64,000 nucleotides of DNA, from assembly GCF_963921235.1 (NCBI RefSeq), contig NC_086097.1, positions 62,498,001 to 62,562,000 of the forward strand. The letters are read 5' to 3'. The notes beneath the pieces are model-generated. The model had not been told where the DNA came from, did not search any database, and saw only the letters and a program-made list of their open reading frames with translations. Below are positions 47,879 to 59,629 of the stretch, piece after piece. The position numbers and the translations under genes are program-made. The stretch comes from Mobula hypostoma (lineage: Eukaryota). Each line of letters starts with the position of its first letter. Positions within the stretch are counted from its first letter, which is position 1.

Positions 47879-50800
47879 TCAGAACCCAGCCTTCCCTCCG
47901 TACCCCCTGACCCCTGTAGCCACAAGGGCCATATCTAACTCCCTCTTAAACATAGCCAATGAACTGGCCTCAACAGTTTGCTGTGGCAGAGAATTCCACA
48001 GATTCACCACTCTCTGTGTGAAGAAGTTTTTCCTAATCTCAGTCCTAAAAGGCTTCCCCTCTATCCTCAAACTGTGACCCCTCATTCTGGACCTCCCCAA
48101 CATCGGGAACAATCTTCCCGCATCTAGCCTGTCCAATCCCTTTAGGATCTTATACGTTTCAATCAGATCCCCCCTCAATCTTCTAAATTCCAACGAGTAC
48201 AAGCCCAGTTCATCCAGTCTTTCTTCATATGAAAGACCTGCCATCCCAGGAATCAATCTGGTGAACCTTCTTTGTACTCCCTCTATGGCAAAGATGTCTT
48301 TCCTCAGATTAGGGGACCAAAACTGCACACAATACTCCAGGTGTGGTCTCGCCAAGGCCTTGTACAACTGCAGTAGTACCTCCCTGCTCCTGTACTCGAA
48401 TCCTCTCGCTATAAATGCCAGCATACCGTTCGCCTTTTTCACCGCCTGCTGTACCTGCATGCCCACTTTCAATGACTGGTGTATAATGACACCTAGGTCT
48501 CGTTGCACCTCCCCTTTTCCTAATCGGCCACCATTCAGATAATAATCTGTTTTCCTATTTTTGCCACCAAAGTGGATAACTTCACATTTATCCACATTAA
48601 ATTGCATCTGCCATGAGTTTGCCCACTCACCCAACCTATCCAAGTCACCCTGCATCCTCTTAGCATCCTCCTCACTGCTAACACTGCCACCCAGCTTCGT
48701 GTCATCCGCAAACTTGGAGATGCTGCATTTAATTCCCTCATCCAAGTCATTAATATATATTTTAGCAACTGGGGTCCCAGCACTGAGCCTTGCGGTACCC
48801 CACTAGTCACCGCCTGCCATTCTGAAAAGGTCCCGTTTATTCCCACTCTTTGCTTCCTGTCTGCTAACCAATTCTCCACCCACACCAATACCTTACCCCC
48901 AATACCGTGTGCTTTAAGTTTGCACACTAATCTCCTGTGTGGGACCTTGTCAAAAGCCTTTTGAAAATCCAAATATACCACATCCACTGGTTCTCCCCTA
49001 TCCACTCTACTAGTTACATCCTCAAAAAATTCTATGAGATTCGTCAGACATGATTTTCCTTTCACAAATCCATGCTGACTTTGTCCGATCATTTCACCGC
49101 TTTCCAAATGTGCTGTTATCACATCCTTGATAACTGACTCCAGCAGTTTCCCCACCACCGACGTTAGGCTATCCGGCCTATAATTCCCCGGTTTCTCTCT
49201 CCCTCCTTTTTTAAAAAGTGGGGTTACATTAGCCACCCTCCAATCCTCAGGAACTAGTCCAGAATCTAACGAGTTTTGAAAAATTATCACTAATGCATCC
49301 ACTATTTCTTGGGCTACTTCCTTAAGCACTCTGGGATGCAGACCATCTGGCCCTGGGGATTTATCTGCCTTCAATCCCTTCAATTTACCTAACACCACTT
49401 CCCTACTAACATGTATTTCACTCAGTTCCTCCATCTCACTGGACCCTCTGTCCCTTACTATTTCTGGAAGATTATTTATGTCCTCCTTAGTGAAGACAGA
49501 ACCAAAGTAATTATTCAATTGGTCTGCCATGTCCTTGCTCCCCATAATCAATTCACCTGTTTCTGTCTGCAGGGGACCTACATTTGTCTTTATCAGTCTT
49601 TTCCTTTTTACATATCTATAAAAGCTTTTACAGTCCGTTTTTATGTACTCTGCCAGTTTTCTCTCATAATCTTTTTTCCCTTTCCTAATTAAGCCCTTTG
49701 TCCTCCTCTGCTGAACTCTGAATTTCTCCCAGTCCTCAGGTGAGCCACTTTCTCTGGCTAATTTGTATGCTACTTCTTTGGAATTGATACTATCCCTAAT
49801 TTCTCTTGTCAGCCACGGGTGCACTACCTTCCTTGATTTATTCTTTTGCCAAACTGGGATGAACAATTGTTGTAGTTCATCCATGCAACCTTTAAATGCT
49901 TGCCATTGCATATCCACCGTCAATCCTTTAAGTGTCATTTGCCAGTCTATCTTAGCTAATTCACGTCTCATACCTTCAAAGTTACCCCTCTTTAAGTTCA
50001 GAACCTTTGTTTCTGAATTAACTATGTCACTCTCCATCTTAATGAAGAATTCCACCATATTATGGTCACTCTTACCCAAGGGGCCTCTCACGACAAGATC
50101 GCTAATTAACCCTTCCTCATTGCTCAAAACCCAGTCCAGAATAGCCTGCTCTCTAGTCGGTTCCTCGACATGTTGTTTCAAAAAACCATCCCGCATACAT
50201 TCCAAGAAATCCTCTTCCTCGGCACCTTTACCAATTTGGTTCACCCAGTCTACATGTAGATTGAAGTCACCCATTATAACTGCTGTTCCTTTATTGCACA
50301 CATTTCTAATTTCCTGTTTAATACCATCTCCGACCTCACTACTACTGTTAGGTGGCCTGTACACAGCTCCCACCAGCGTCTTCTGCCCCTTAGTGTTACG
50401 CAGCTCTACCCATATCGATTCCACATCTTCCCGGCTTATGTCCTTCCTTTCTATTGCGTTAATCTCTTTTTTATCCAGCAACGCTACCCCACCTCCCCTT
50501 CCTTCATGTCTATCCCTCCTGAATATTGAATATCCCTGAACGTTGAGCTCCCATCCCTGGTCACCCTGGAGCCATGTCTCTGTGATCCCAACTATATCAT
50601 AATCATTAATAACAATCTGCACTTTCAATTCATCCACCTTATTACGAATGCTCCTTGCATTGACACATAAAGCCTTCAGGCGCTCTTTTACAACTCTCTT
50701 CGCCCTTATACAATTATGTTGAAAAGTGGCCCTTTTTAATGCTTGCCCTGGATTTGTCGGCCTGCCACTTTTACTTTTCTCCTTTGTACTTTTTGCTTCT

Positions 50801-50904
50801 ACGCTCACTTTACACCCCTCTGTCTCTCTGCACTGGTTCCCATCCCTCTGTTGTGAACTAACCTCCTCACGCCTAGCCTCTTTAATTTGATTCCCACCCC
50901 CCAA
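47879..50904 (-). CDS. CR1 ORF2: APE endonuclease plus reverse transcriptase; a single 1-nt frameshift near 48760 separates ORFs 48535-50904 and 47879-48745
   Basis: LCVNARSIRNK, GITETW, IMGDFN, SDH (APE); YLDFQKAFDKV, GVPQGSVLGP, KFADDTKL (RT); RVVNLWNSLP C-terminus. Confidence 0.95.
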
Positions 50905-50909
50905 CCATT

Positions 50910-51670
50910 CTAGTTTAAAGTCACCTCAGAAGCCCCCGCTAATCTCCCTGCCAGGATATTGGTCCCCCTAGGATTCAAGTGTAACCCGTCCTTTTTGTAC
51001 AGGTCACGCCTGCACCAAAAGAGGTCCCAATGATCCAAAAACTTGAATCCCTGCCCCCTGCTCCAATCCCTCAGCCACGCATTTATCCTCCACCTCATTG
51101 CATTCCTACTCTCACTGTCGCGTGGCACAGGCAGTAATCCCGAGATTACTACCTTTGCGGTCCTTTTTCTCAACTCCCTTCCTAGCTCCCTATATTCTTC
51201 TTTCAGGACCTCATCCCTTTTCCTACCTATGTCATTGGTACCTATATGTAACATGACCTCTGGCTCCTCACCCTCCCACTTCAGGATATCTTGGACACGA
51301 TCAGAAATATCCCGGACCCTGGCACCAGGGAGGCAAACTACCATCCGGGTCTCTGGACTGCGTCCACAGAATCGCCTATCTGACCCCCTTACTATCGAGT
51401 CCCCTATCACAACTGCCCTCCTCTTCCTTGCCCTACCCTTCTGAGCTACAGGGCCAGACTCTGTGCCGGAGGCAGGGCCACTGTCGCTACCCCCGGGTAA
51501 GCTGTCCCCTCCAACAGTACTCAAACAGGAGTACCTGTTGTTAAGGGGCACAGCCACCGGGGTACTCCCCATCACCTGCCTTTTCCCCTTCCCCCTCCTA
51601 ACCGTGACCCACTTGTCTGCCTCCCGTGGCCCCGGCGTGACCACCTGCCTTCCACTCCTCTCTATCACCT
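50910..51670 (-). CDS. CR1 ORF1 (5'-truncated), SGNH/GDSL esterase domain
   Basis: [10 protein letters not shown] (block I), [14 protein letters not shown] (block III), DGLHLN (block V); no internal stops. Confidence 0.92.
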
Positions 51671-53539
51671 GTGAGCTCATTGGTTCTCCACACAGCTTTA
51701 GACCACCTGAACAACACCAACACCTATGTCAGGATGCTGTTCAACGACTATAGCCCAGCATTTAATACCATCATTCCCACAGTCCTGATTGAGGAGTAAT
51801 GGAACCTGGGACTCTGTACTTCCCTCTGCAATTGGATCCTCAACTTCCTAACCAGAAGACCACAATCTGTGTCGATTGGTGATGACATATCTTCCTTGCG
51901 CACCTCAGGGGTGTGTGCCTAGCCCACTGCTCTACTCTCTATATATACATGACTATGTGGCTAGGCATAGCTCAAATACCATCTATAAATTAGCTGACGG
52001 TACAACCATTGTTGGTAGAAACTCAGGTGGTGACGAAAGGGCATAAAGGAATGAGAAATGCCAACTAGTGGAGTAGCGCTGCAGCAGACAAAAGAGCTGA
52101 TTGCGGACTTTAGGAAGGGTAAGACAAAAGAACACATACCAATCCTCATAGAGGGATCAGAAATGAAGAGAGTGAGCAGCTTCAAGTTCTGGGGTGTCAA
52201 GATCTCTGAGGATCTAACCTGGTCCCAACATATCGATGTAGTTATAAAGAAGACAAGACAGCAGCTATATTTTATTAGGATTTTGAAAAGATTTGGCATG
52301 TCAACGAATACACTCAAAAACTTCTATGGTTGTACCATGGAGAGCATTCTGACAGGCTGCATCACTGTCTAGTATGGAGGGGCTACTGCACAGGACCGAA
52401 AGAAGCTGCAGAAGGTTGTAAATCTAGTCAGCTCCATCTTGGATACTAGCCTGCAACATACCCAGGACATCTTCAGGGAGTGGTGTCTCAGAAAGGCAGC
52501 GTCCATTATTAAGGACCTCCAGCATCCAAGGCATGCCCTTTTCTCACTGTTACTGCCAGGTAGGAGGTACAAAAGCCTGGAGGCACACACTCAGCGATTC
52601 AGGAACAGCTTCTTTCCCTCTGCCATCCAAATCCTTAATGGACATTGAATCTTTTGACACTACCTCACTTTTTTTAATATACAGTATTTCTGTTTTTGCA
52701 TGTTTTTTAATCTATTCAATATATGTAATTGATTTACTTGTTTACTTATTATTATTATTATTATTATTTTTATTTTGTTTCCTCTTATTATTATTTTTCC
52801 CTTCAATATTATGTATTGCATTGAAGTGCTGCTGCTAAGTTAACAAATTTCATGTCACACGATGGCGATAATAAACCTGATTCTGATTCTTCTGGAATGT
52901 CTGATTGACTGGATAAAGACTTTTTATACCTGCAGCTCCAATCTTCATGTGGCTGATTCAACATCTCACTAGGAGTTGTCTGTAAATTTCTTCTAATCAT
53001 AAAATGAAATTCACGTGGGAATTTACCTCCATGTCCCACCCCATCAAAACCGATCCTCCATCCACTCCAAAGCACACAATTACATATTCCTTGAAAAAGA
53101 ATTTCAACAATCATTGCTTTCCCTCTTTGCTTGCAAGAGTTAGTATTGAGACATCTCTCCCTCCCTAAATTACTCAGGTGAGAATGAACGGAAAGCTATT
53201 AATCCAGTAGTGCAGGATTATTGGAAACAGCCACCCATTATGACAAAACCAATACTTGCTGCAGCAAGGGAAAGATAAAACAACAGAAAGCAATGGGATT
53301 TTGATTTGGATACCTTTTCACAATAGCTTGGACAAAAATAAAACCAGAAACCAGCAGAATCAAAATCTAATACCTCCATTATGTTCAGAAAGATAACTTA
53401 AAAATGCAGTAGTAAAAATTCCAAAACCAGTGATTCATTGTTTCTTTTTAATGACTACAATTTGTTTTATATTCCTTGGCTTTTCACAGTGTTAATTGTA
53501 GGCAAGTGAAATGGAGAGTTGAAGGTTGCAGGCAAGTTC

Positions 53540-54412
53540 AGATTTCAAAGGAAAGTTATTATCAAAGTACCTGCATGTCACCATACGCAAGCCTGAGATT
53601 CATCTTCTTGCAGGCAATTACAGGAAATACATTAAACACGATAGAATCCGCACACGACAGGGCAGACAACAGCCAATGTGCAAAAAAAAACCCAACAAAC
53701 TGTGCAACTACAAAAAGAAAGAGAAAAATAAATAAATGGCAATAAATATCAAGAACATGAAGTGAAGAGTCCTTGAAAGTGAGTTCACAGGTTGTGGTAA
53801 GAGTTCAGTAATGAGGTGAGAGTCATTGAGTGAAGTTATTTCCTTTGGTACAACAGCTTAGTAGTTGAGTGGTAATAACAGTCCCTAAACCTATTGGTAC
53901 AGGTATTGAGGCTCCTGTACCTTTTTCCTGAAGGTAACATGAGAAGAGAGCATGGCCTGGGTAGTGGGGGTCCTTACTGTTGGATGTTTCTTTCCTGCAA
54001 CAGCGTACATGTAGATACACTCAGTGATTGGGAGGGCTATATCAGTGAGGGACTGGTCAGTATCCACTATTTTTTGTCGTTTTTCCAATACAAGGGCATT
54101 GGTGTTTCTATACCAACCCGTGATGCAACCAGTCAATATACTCTCCAGCACACACTTAGTTTGTCAAAGCTTTAAATGAGATGCCGAATCTTCATAAACT
54201 TCTCAGAATGAAGAGGCACTGCCATGCTTTCTTTGTAATTGCACATATGTGTTGGACCCAGGACAGGTCCTCTGAAATGAGAACACGGAGGAATTTAAAG
54301 TTGCTGACCCTCTCCACCTTTGATCCGCAGATGAGGACTGGCTCATGGACTTCCATTTTCCTCCTCCTGAAGTCAATAATCATCTCTTTGGCCTTGCTGA
54401 CATTGAGTGAGA
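53540..54412 (-). mobile_element. Rex1/Babar-type LINE 3' fragment
   Basis: ORFs 53891-54151 (LESILTGCITGWY) and 54192-54440 (LNVSKAKEMIIDFRR..VERVSNFKFL). Confidence 0.88.
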
Positions 54413-54924
54413 GTAGAACAAGGCTCTTCATGACAGACATTGTCTTCCAAATCTATTTAAGAATTCCTCTTTGAAACTCCAGTTTTCACTGTAGTTAGAT
54501 AACTGCAGCTAATTGCAAAAAGATACAATTTGAAATAAGTTGGTTAGTGTTTTACATTTAGTCAGATTCAGATGTATCACATATACATTCAAATATACAG
54601 AGAAATGTATCATTTACATTAACAAACAACACACCTAGATATGAGCTGGGGGCAGCCCACAAATATTGACACACATCCTGGGTCAACCTTCTATGCCTAC
54701 AGTGCTCAATGGAACAACACAGAATCCAACAAAACTAAACACAATAAGCAAAAACACTACCACATCAAATCAAGTCCCTTTCCTCCCTCCCACCCACCAC
54801 ACATATGGACAGTCCTCCAACTCCAGGCCAAGCCTCTCATCTCCAAGCTTCAGCCATCCGGCATCAATGTACAGACTTCCGATCAACTTTTGGGCTCTGA
54901 TCCTCAGAACCGATCGCCAGACCA

Positions 54925-55820
54925 AAGTTCAAAGTGAATTTATTATCAACCTCCATATGTGGCACCAGACACAACCCTGAGATTCATCTCCTTGTGGCGT
55001 ACTCAGTACATCTCTAGAATAATAACTATAACAGAATCAATGAAATTCTGTCCAACTTGGGCGTTCAACCAGAGTAGGGAAGACAACAAATTGTACAAGT
55101 GCAAAATAAGAAATAATAAATAAGTAAACAATAAATATTGGGAACATAGGATGAAGAGTCCTTAAAAGTGAGCCCATTTATTGTGGGAACAGTTTAGTGA
55201 TTGGGCAAGGAAAGCCGAGTAAAGTTATCTCCTTTAGTTCAAGAGCCTGATGGTTGATGGGTAGTAACCGTTCCTGAACCTGGTGGTGTGAGTCCTGAGG
55301 CTTCTGTACCTTCTTCCTGATGGCAGCACTGAGAGGAGAGCATGGCCTAGGTGGTGGGGGCCCCTGATGATGGATGTTGCTTCCCTGTGACAACACTTGG
55401 TGTAGATATACTCATAGGATGGGAGGGCTTTACCACTGATGGACTGGGCCATATCCACTACATTTCATAGTTTTCATTCAAGGGCATTGATGTTTCCATG
55501 CCAGATTGTGATGCAGCCAATTAATAGACTCCCCACCACAGAAGTTTGTCAAGATGTCATGCCAAAGCTCTGCAAACTCCTAAGGAAGTAGAGGAGTAGA
55601 GGTGTTGTCATATTTTCTTCATAATTGCACTTATGTGTTGGGCCTAGAAGAGGTCCTCCAAAATAATAAAACCTAGGAAGGTTGAAAATCTGCCTGAGTA
55701 GTGTCGTGACAACAACCTCTTACTCAGTATCAGCAAGTCCAAGGAGCTGATTATAGACTCATGAGAAGAAAACCTGAGGTCAATAAACCAGTACTCATTG
55801 GAGGGTCAGCAACTTTAAAT
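54925..55820 (-). mobile_element. Rex1/Babar-type LINE 3' fragment with an inverted 5' segment (55680-55820)
   Basis: ORF 55234-55458 (GHALLSVLPSGRRYRSLRTHTTRFRNGYYP); 55680-55820 is the upstream LINE segment in + orientation. Confidence 0.8.
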
Positions 55821-55849
55821 CCATACAGTCAAAATGACAACATACATTT

Positions 55850-56380
55850 TACAGGGCTGTGCCCTCTGGTCCTAGACACCCCCACTATAGGATCCATCCT
55901 CTCCACATCCACTCTATCTAGGCCTTTCAATATTCAATAGGTTTCAATAAGATCCCCCTCATTCTTCTAAACTCCAGTGAGCACGGACCCAGAGCTCTGG
56001 GCCTATACCCGTTGGAGCTTAGAAGAATGTTATCCCTTTTCCTTCTGGGATCATTCTCTTGAACCTGCCCTGGACCCTTTCCAATTCCAGCACATCTTTT
56101 CTTAGATAAGGAGGCCCCAGACTGTTCACAATACTCCAAGTATGGTCTGACCAGTACTTTATAAAGCCTCAGCATTACATCCTTACTTTTTTTTTAAGTC
56201 CTCTCAAAATGAAAGCTAACATTGTATTTGCCTTCGCTACCACTGACTCAGCCTGGAAGTTAACCTTTAGGGAATTGTACATAAATTCTTTTGAATTTTT
56301 TTTCCCCATTTAGAAAATCGTCTTCTACAAAAGTTCACGACATGCACTTTCCTCCACTATATTCCATCTGCCATTTCTAT
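55850..56380 (-). mobile_element. CR1 ORF2 C-terminal fragment
   Basis: ORF 55927-56175: MLRLYKVLVRPYLEYC...SLEFRRMRG. Confidence 0.85.
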
Positions 56381-56491
56381 TGAGACCTATTGAGTAGGTA
56401 CTGCAAACTTGTATTTTAGAAAATTTTCATTCCTTTTGTCTGTGTTCTCAGCCTCTAATTGCCCTAATTTCACATTTTTCACAATCTAACA

Positions 56492-57376
56492 ACTAGCTTC
56501 CCCTGTCATCTGTTGTGGAGAAATTCAAGGTGGCAAAATGCAAAGCCTTATTAATCTTGAGAGATTCCAATGATATCGTGGTAAAGCAAGCAGGCATTAC
56601 AACCAGATCTGGGTGCAAGTGGGCAGCCAACGCAGCTGTGGAGGAGGCAGTGTCTTCTCTGAAGCTGCGAGATATCATTGACAACCCCTGTGTCGGGCAG
56701 CAAGGCCTCGGCTCAGTTCACCTCCAGCAGTGGGGAAATGCAAGCATAAGGAACAGGCGAGACATGGTACAGGCAGAAGTACGGATCCGTGAGGAAGAGA
56801 AGCGGATGTCTAAGACAGTGGGAGATGAGGGTCAATGTGGGAAGGAGGTTGCAGTTCCCGGATGTGGTGCACACAACCCTACGCCCGGTCATTGTACTTG
56901 GTCAACCAAAGACAAGAAAATAATTCTGGTTGAGCTGACTGTGCCGTGGGAGGAGGGATGGGAAGAGGCCCATGAGAGAAAGGCCTTGAAGTACCAGCCC
57001 TTACTGCAGGAGTGTAAAGACAAGGGACGGCAGGTATGGTTGTTCCCTGTGGAGATCGGCTGCAGAGGTTTCCCAGCCAAATCAGCATGGCGGTTGTTGT
57101 CAGATCTGGGCCTGGACGAAAGGAGCAAAAAACAATCAGCTCGTAGGATGGGGGAAGAGGCAGAACGAGCCTCTTGTTGGATTTGGAGTAGGCGAGAAGA
57201 GGGGAGCTGGAAGCCAGGAGCAGATGGGCAGTGATTTGGCCACCACTGCCGGCCCACTAACTGGAGAGTGTCGTGGTTAAGGGTCGAAACACTCTGTGAA
57301 GGTTGGGAACCACTTGATGACATCTGCTCCTGGCTGAAGGCTACGGTTCCCTTATTAGGTAACTGGAGAATGCATC
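56492..57376 (+). mobile_element. HERO-clade (R2-superfamily, RLE endonuclease) non-LTR retrotransposon 3' part, internally deleted
   Basis: ORF 56515-57234: EKFKVAK..LRDSND..RSGCKW..GLG and the restriction-like endonuclease WST..KIILVELTVPWEE..AHERKALKY..FPVEIGCRGF; the RPDIV motif is present in a shifted frame at about 56880; possible TSD ctaaca. Confidence 0.85.
57257..57325 (+). ncRNA. Candidate non-circularly permuted hammerhead ribozyme in the HERO 3' UTR
   Basis: AGAGUG-UC / GAAA-CACUCU (stem III), GUGGUU / AACCAC-UUGAUGA (stem I plus core) and GGGUC / CAUCU (imperfect stem II), in crossed order. Confidence 0.55.
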
Positions 57377-59289
57377 CTAACAGGTGTATGTAACAAGTCT
57401 CTCCCTGATATGTACCCATTGGCTAGATGCATTTTTCCTCAGCTTGGCCTCACTACAGAGATATTCCCTTCATCACATCCATCCTTCTAAATTAACCCTG
57501 CAACTTAATACTACTGTGTTCACCTGGAGCAGTCTCATGTTTTCCTTTCCACAGATACTGCCTGACCTATGGGATACTTACAGCACTTTCTGCTTTGATT
57601 TTAGAGATCCAGCATCTATTGCTCATTTGATTTGCATATAATTGTTCACTTTCCCTATTAAGTAGTTTACAATGACAATCATGTCATCTTAAAAGGATAC
57701 TTACACTGTTAATTATTATTCTATTCTATTCTTTGATTAAATGAATTATAATTGTTTGCATAGAAATTAAGCTACTCATAAAGAATACAACAAGGTTAAG
57801 GTGGGAAGACACCTTTTTATAGTTAATGCTAACATATTGACCTACAGTTCACAAGGTTTCCCCTCCTTTCCTTTCCAGAAGTTTCTGACAGAATTGCAAC
57901 TTTGATCACACTGTTCACAATCTCTCACCAAATAGAGGTTATTAGCTTTAGCTAAGATAGCACTGCTTCCTGGTTATCAAAAAGGGCAAATAAACATAGC
58001 GGTTGACATTTTAAATATTAGATACAAATATTGTCATGATCATAACATTTGCTTTTCATAAATTAGAATGAAAACAGATTCAAATTGCCTTTGAAGATTT
58101 TATTCAAATAATTGTTAAAATTCCAATCTACTTACTCTACCTCTTACCTAAAGTTAACACACAGTTCACATTCTTCAAAGTGTCCAACTTTGATCTCCAG
58201 GGTCAACTTTATCTTTCCCTCCTGCTCATTTAGGAACTTTTCATCTGCCTTTGAAAGGCACTGTCATTAAACACAGTGGTGTGTTGCAAGGTGTATTCAG
58301 ATTCAAATTGCAGTCGGCTCAGTTTTGCAGAAGTCAGCAACAAAATGAAAGTGCTACAGTCAGATGCTTTTTGTGACAGTTCAGTTTGATCTCATCTGTT
58401 TCTAGTCAAGAAGTAACTACAAAGGTTGGAATTATTGGCAGAAGATAAATTCCCAGGGAACTTCATTTGCAAGAGTAATTAGACAATATTTTGTTTTTCT
58501 GGGACATACCCTTGTTGCTCAATGTAAGTCTTGGATCTATCCCTCCCTGTTTAACCAAATGCTTTTAGAGGTATTTGAACCTGTTACTTAAAGACAAGGG
58601 TTTTTGCGAAGTTACAATCTTTCTTTATTTTGTCAAAATTGTCATTGAAGTTGTAAGCATTAAAAAATTTCATCCGTTATGGTTTAGTATTATGACTGTT
58701 TTATTTAACAGATAACCTGAGTAGAATATTCAGAAGTCGGAACAATTTGCCTCAGTTTAGTAGGATATATTTGCCTGCATCTTTATTAATCATACATTCA
58801 GCTGAAATATGAGTGCTTTAATGTTTCAACTGAAAAATAAATGACCACAGAGAGGATATTAAACACAGATGTTTCATTTTACTGAATTGCAGGGATAACT
58901 GATCCACTATAGCTGACTTGTGACATTTAGGCAAATATAAAGTACTTGTTTTTTTTAAATAAAACAAACTCAGTCTTGTAATCACAAATAAATGATTCCT
59001 TGATTCCCCTAGCAATCATTGAAGCAATGGTGGCAAATGAAGATAACAGCACTAGTAATCTCAATGATATGCTCCTATTAAAATTGTTTTATCCAAATTA
59101 TGCATGCCAGCATTTAATTTCCCATAATATGCTCACTATTAGACCAGGATTAAATAATTTATTCTTTAATTTGTTTGAATTTTTTTCCATAGCCATACAG
59201 CTGTGAATGCCATTATTGGAGACAGACCTAGTTAATCTGTGCTGACTATCCAGCATCCATTTACACTCATATTTTACTGTTCTAATTTT

Positions 59290-59460
59290 ATTCTCCCCAC
59301 ATTCCCATCAAATTCTTACCATTCCTACTATTCACCTGGACAATGGGGCATAAATGACGGTGGCCAATAATCCTCCTAACCCGCAGATCTTTGGGATGTG
59401 AGCAGAAACCAAAGCTGCAGGGAAAACTCACGCAAGTCACAAGGAGAACACGCAATCTCT
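59290..59460 (-). mobile_element. V-SINE-like SINE fragment
   Basis: tctttgggatgtgagcagaaacc...ggaaaactcacgcaagtcacaaggagaacacgcaa is the reverse of a V-SINE-type core. Confidence 0.65.
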
Positions 59461-59467
59461 CTAGGCA

Positions 59468-59582
59468 ACACACATAAAAAATGCTGGTGAACACAGCAGG
59501 CCAGGCAGCATCTATAGGAAGAGGTACAGTCAACATTTCAGGCCGAGACCCTTCGTCAGGACTCCTCGTGTTTGCGTTTTAG
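59468..59582 (-). mobile_element. One-armed copy of the 6122-type Penelope-derived element, 14-bp TSD
   Basis: Matches the left arm of the 6122 element plus its terminal cctcgtgtttgcg; TSD aatctctctaggca at 59454-59467 and 59583-59596; hammerhead core CTGACGA..GAAA on minus (59528-59563). Confidence 0.85.
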
Positions 59583-59629
59583 AATCTCTCTAGGCAGCTG
59601 CTCAGTTCAGAGTTATGGTGAATTAAGTT

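Larger units (their letters stand above)
47781..51670 (-). mobile_element. Young, 5'-truncated, nearly intact CR1 LINE
   Basis: (GTTTCTAT)n 8-bp tail at 47781-47803; long open ORF1 and ORF2; inserted cleanly within Rex1/Babar coding sequence. Confidence 0.97.
47580..52888 (+). mobile_element. Rex1/Babar-type LINE (RT to 3' tail; 47580-47782 and 51671-52888) split by a young CR1
   Basis: VALTSTVMKCFERLV..LQFAYRHNRSMAD before the CR1 and [15 protein letters not shown] after it; ORFs 52058-52648; tail aataaacctgattctgattct. Confidence 0.92.

Noticed and set aside
49763..50539. 258-aa plus-strand ORF (also 51043-51444 and 48261-48542) as separate genes
   Set aside because: These are antisense shadows of the intact CR1 ORFs, with Ser/Leu-rich translations and no domain motifs.
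56515..57234. 239-aa ORF as a host or domesticated gene
   Set aside because: It is a HERO C-terminus with an internal deletion and compensating frameshifts (about 56815-56900) that scramble the endonuclease PD motif and remove the zinc knuckle.
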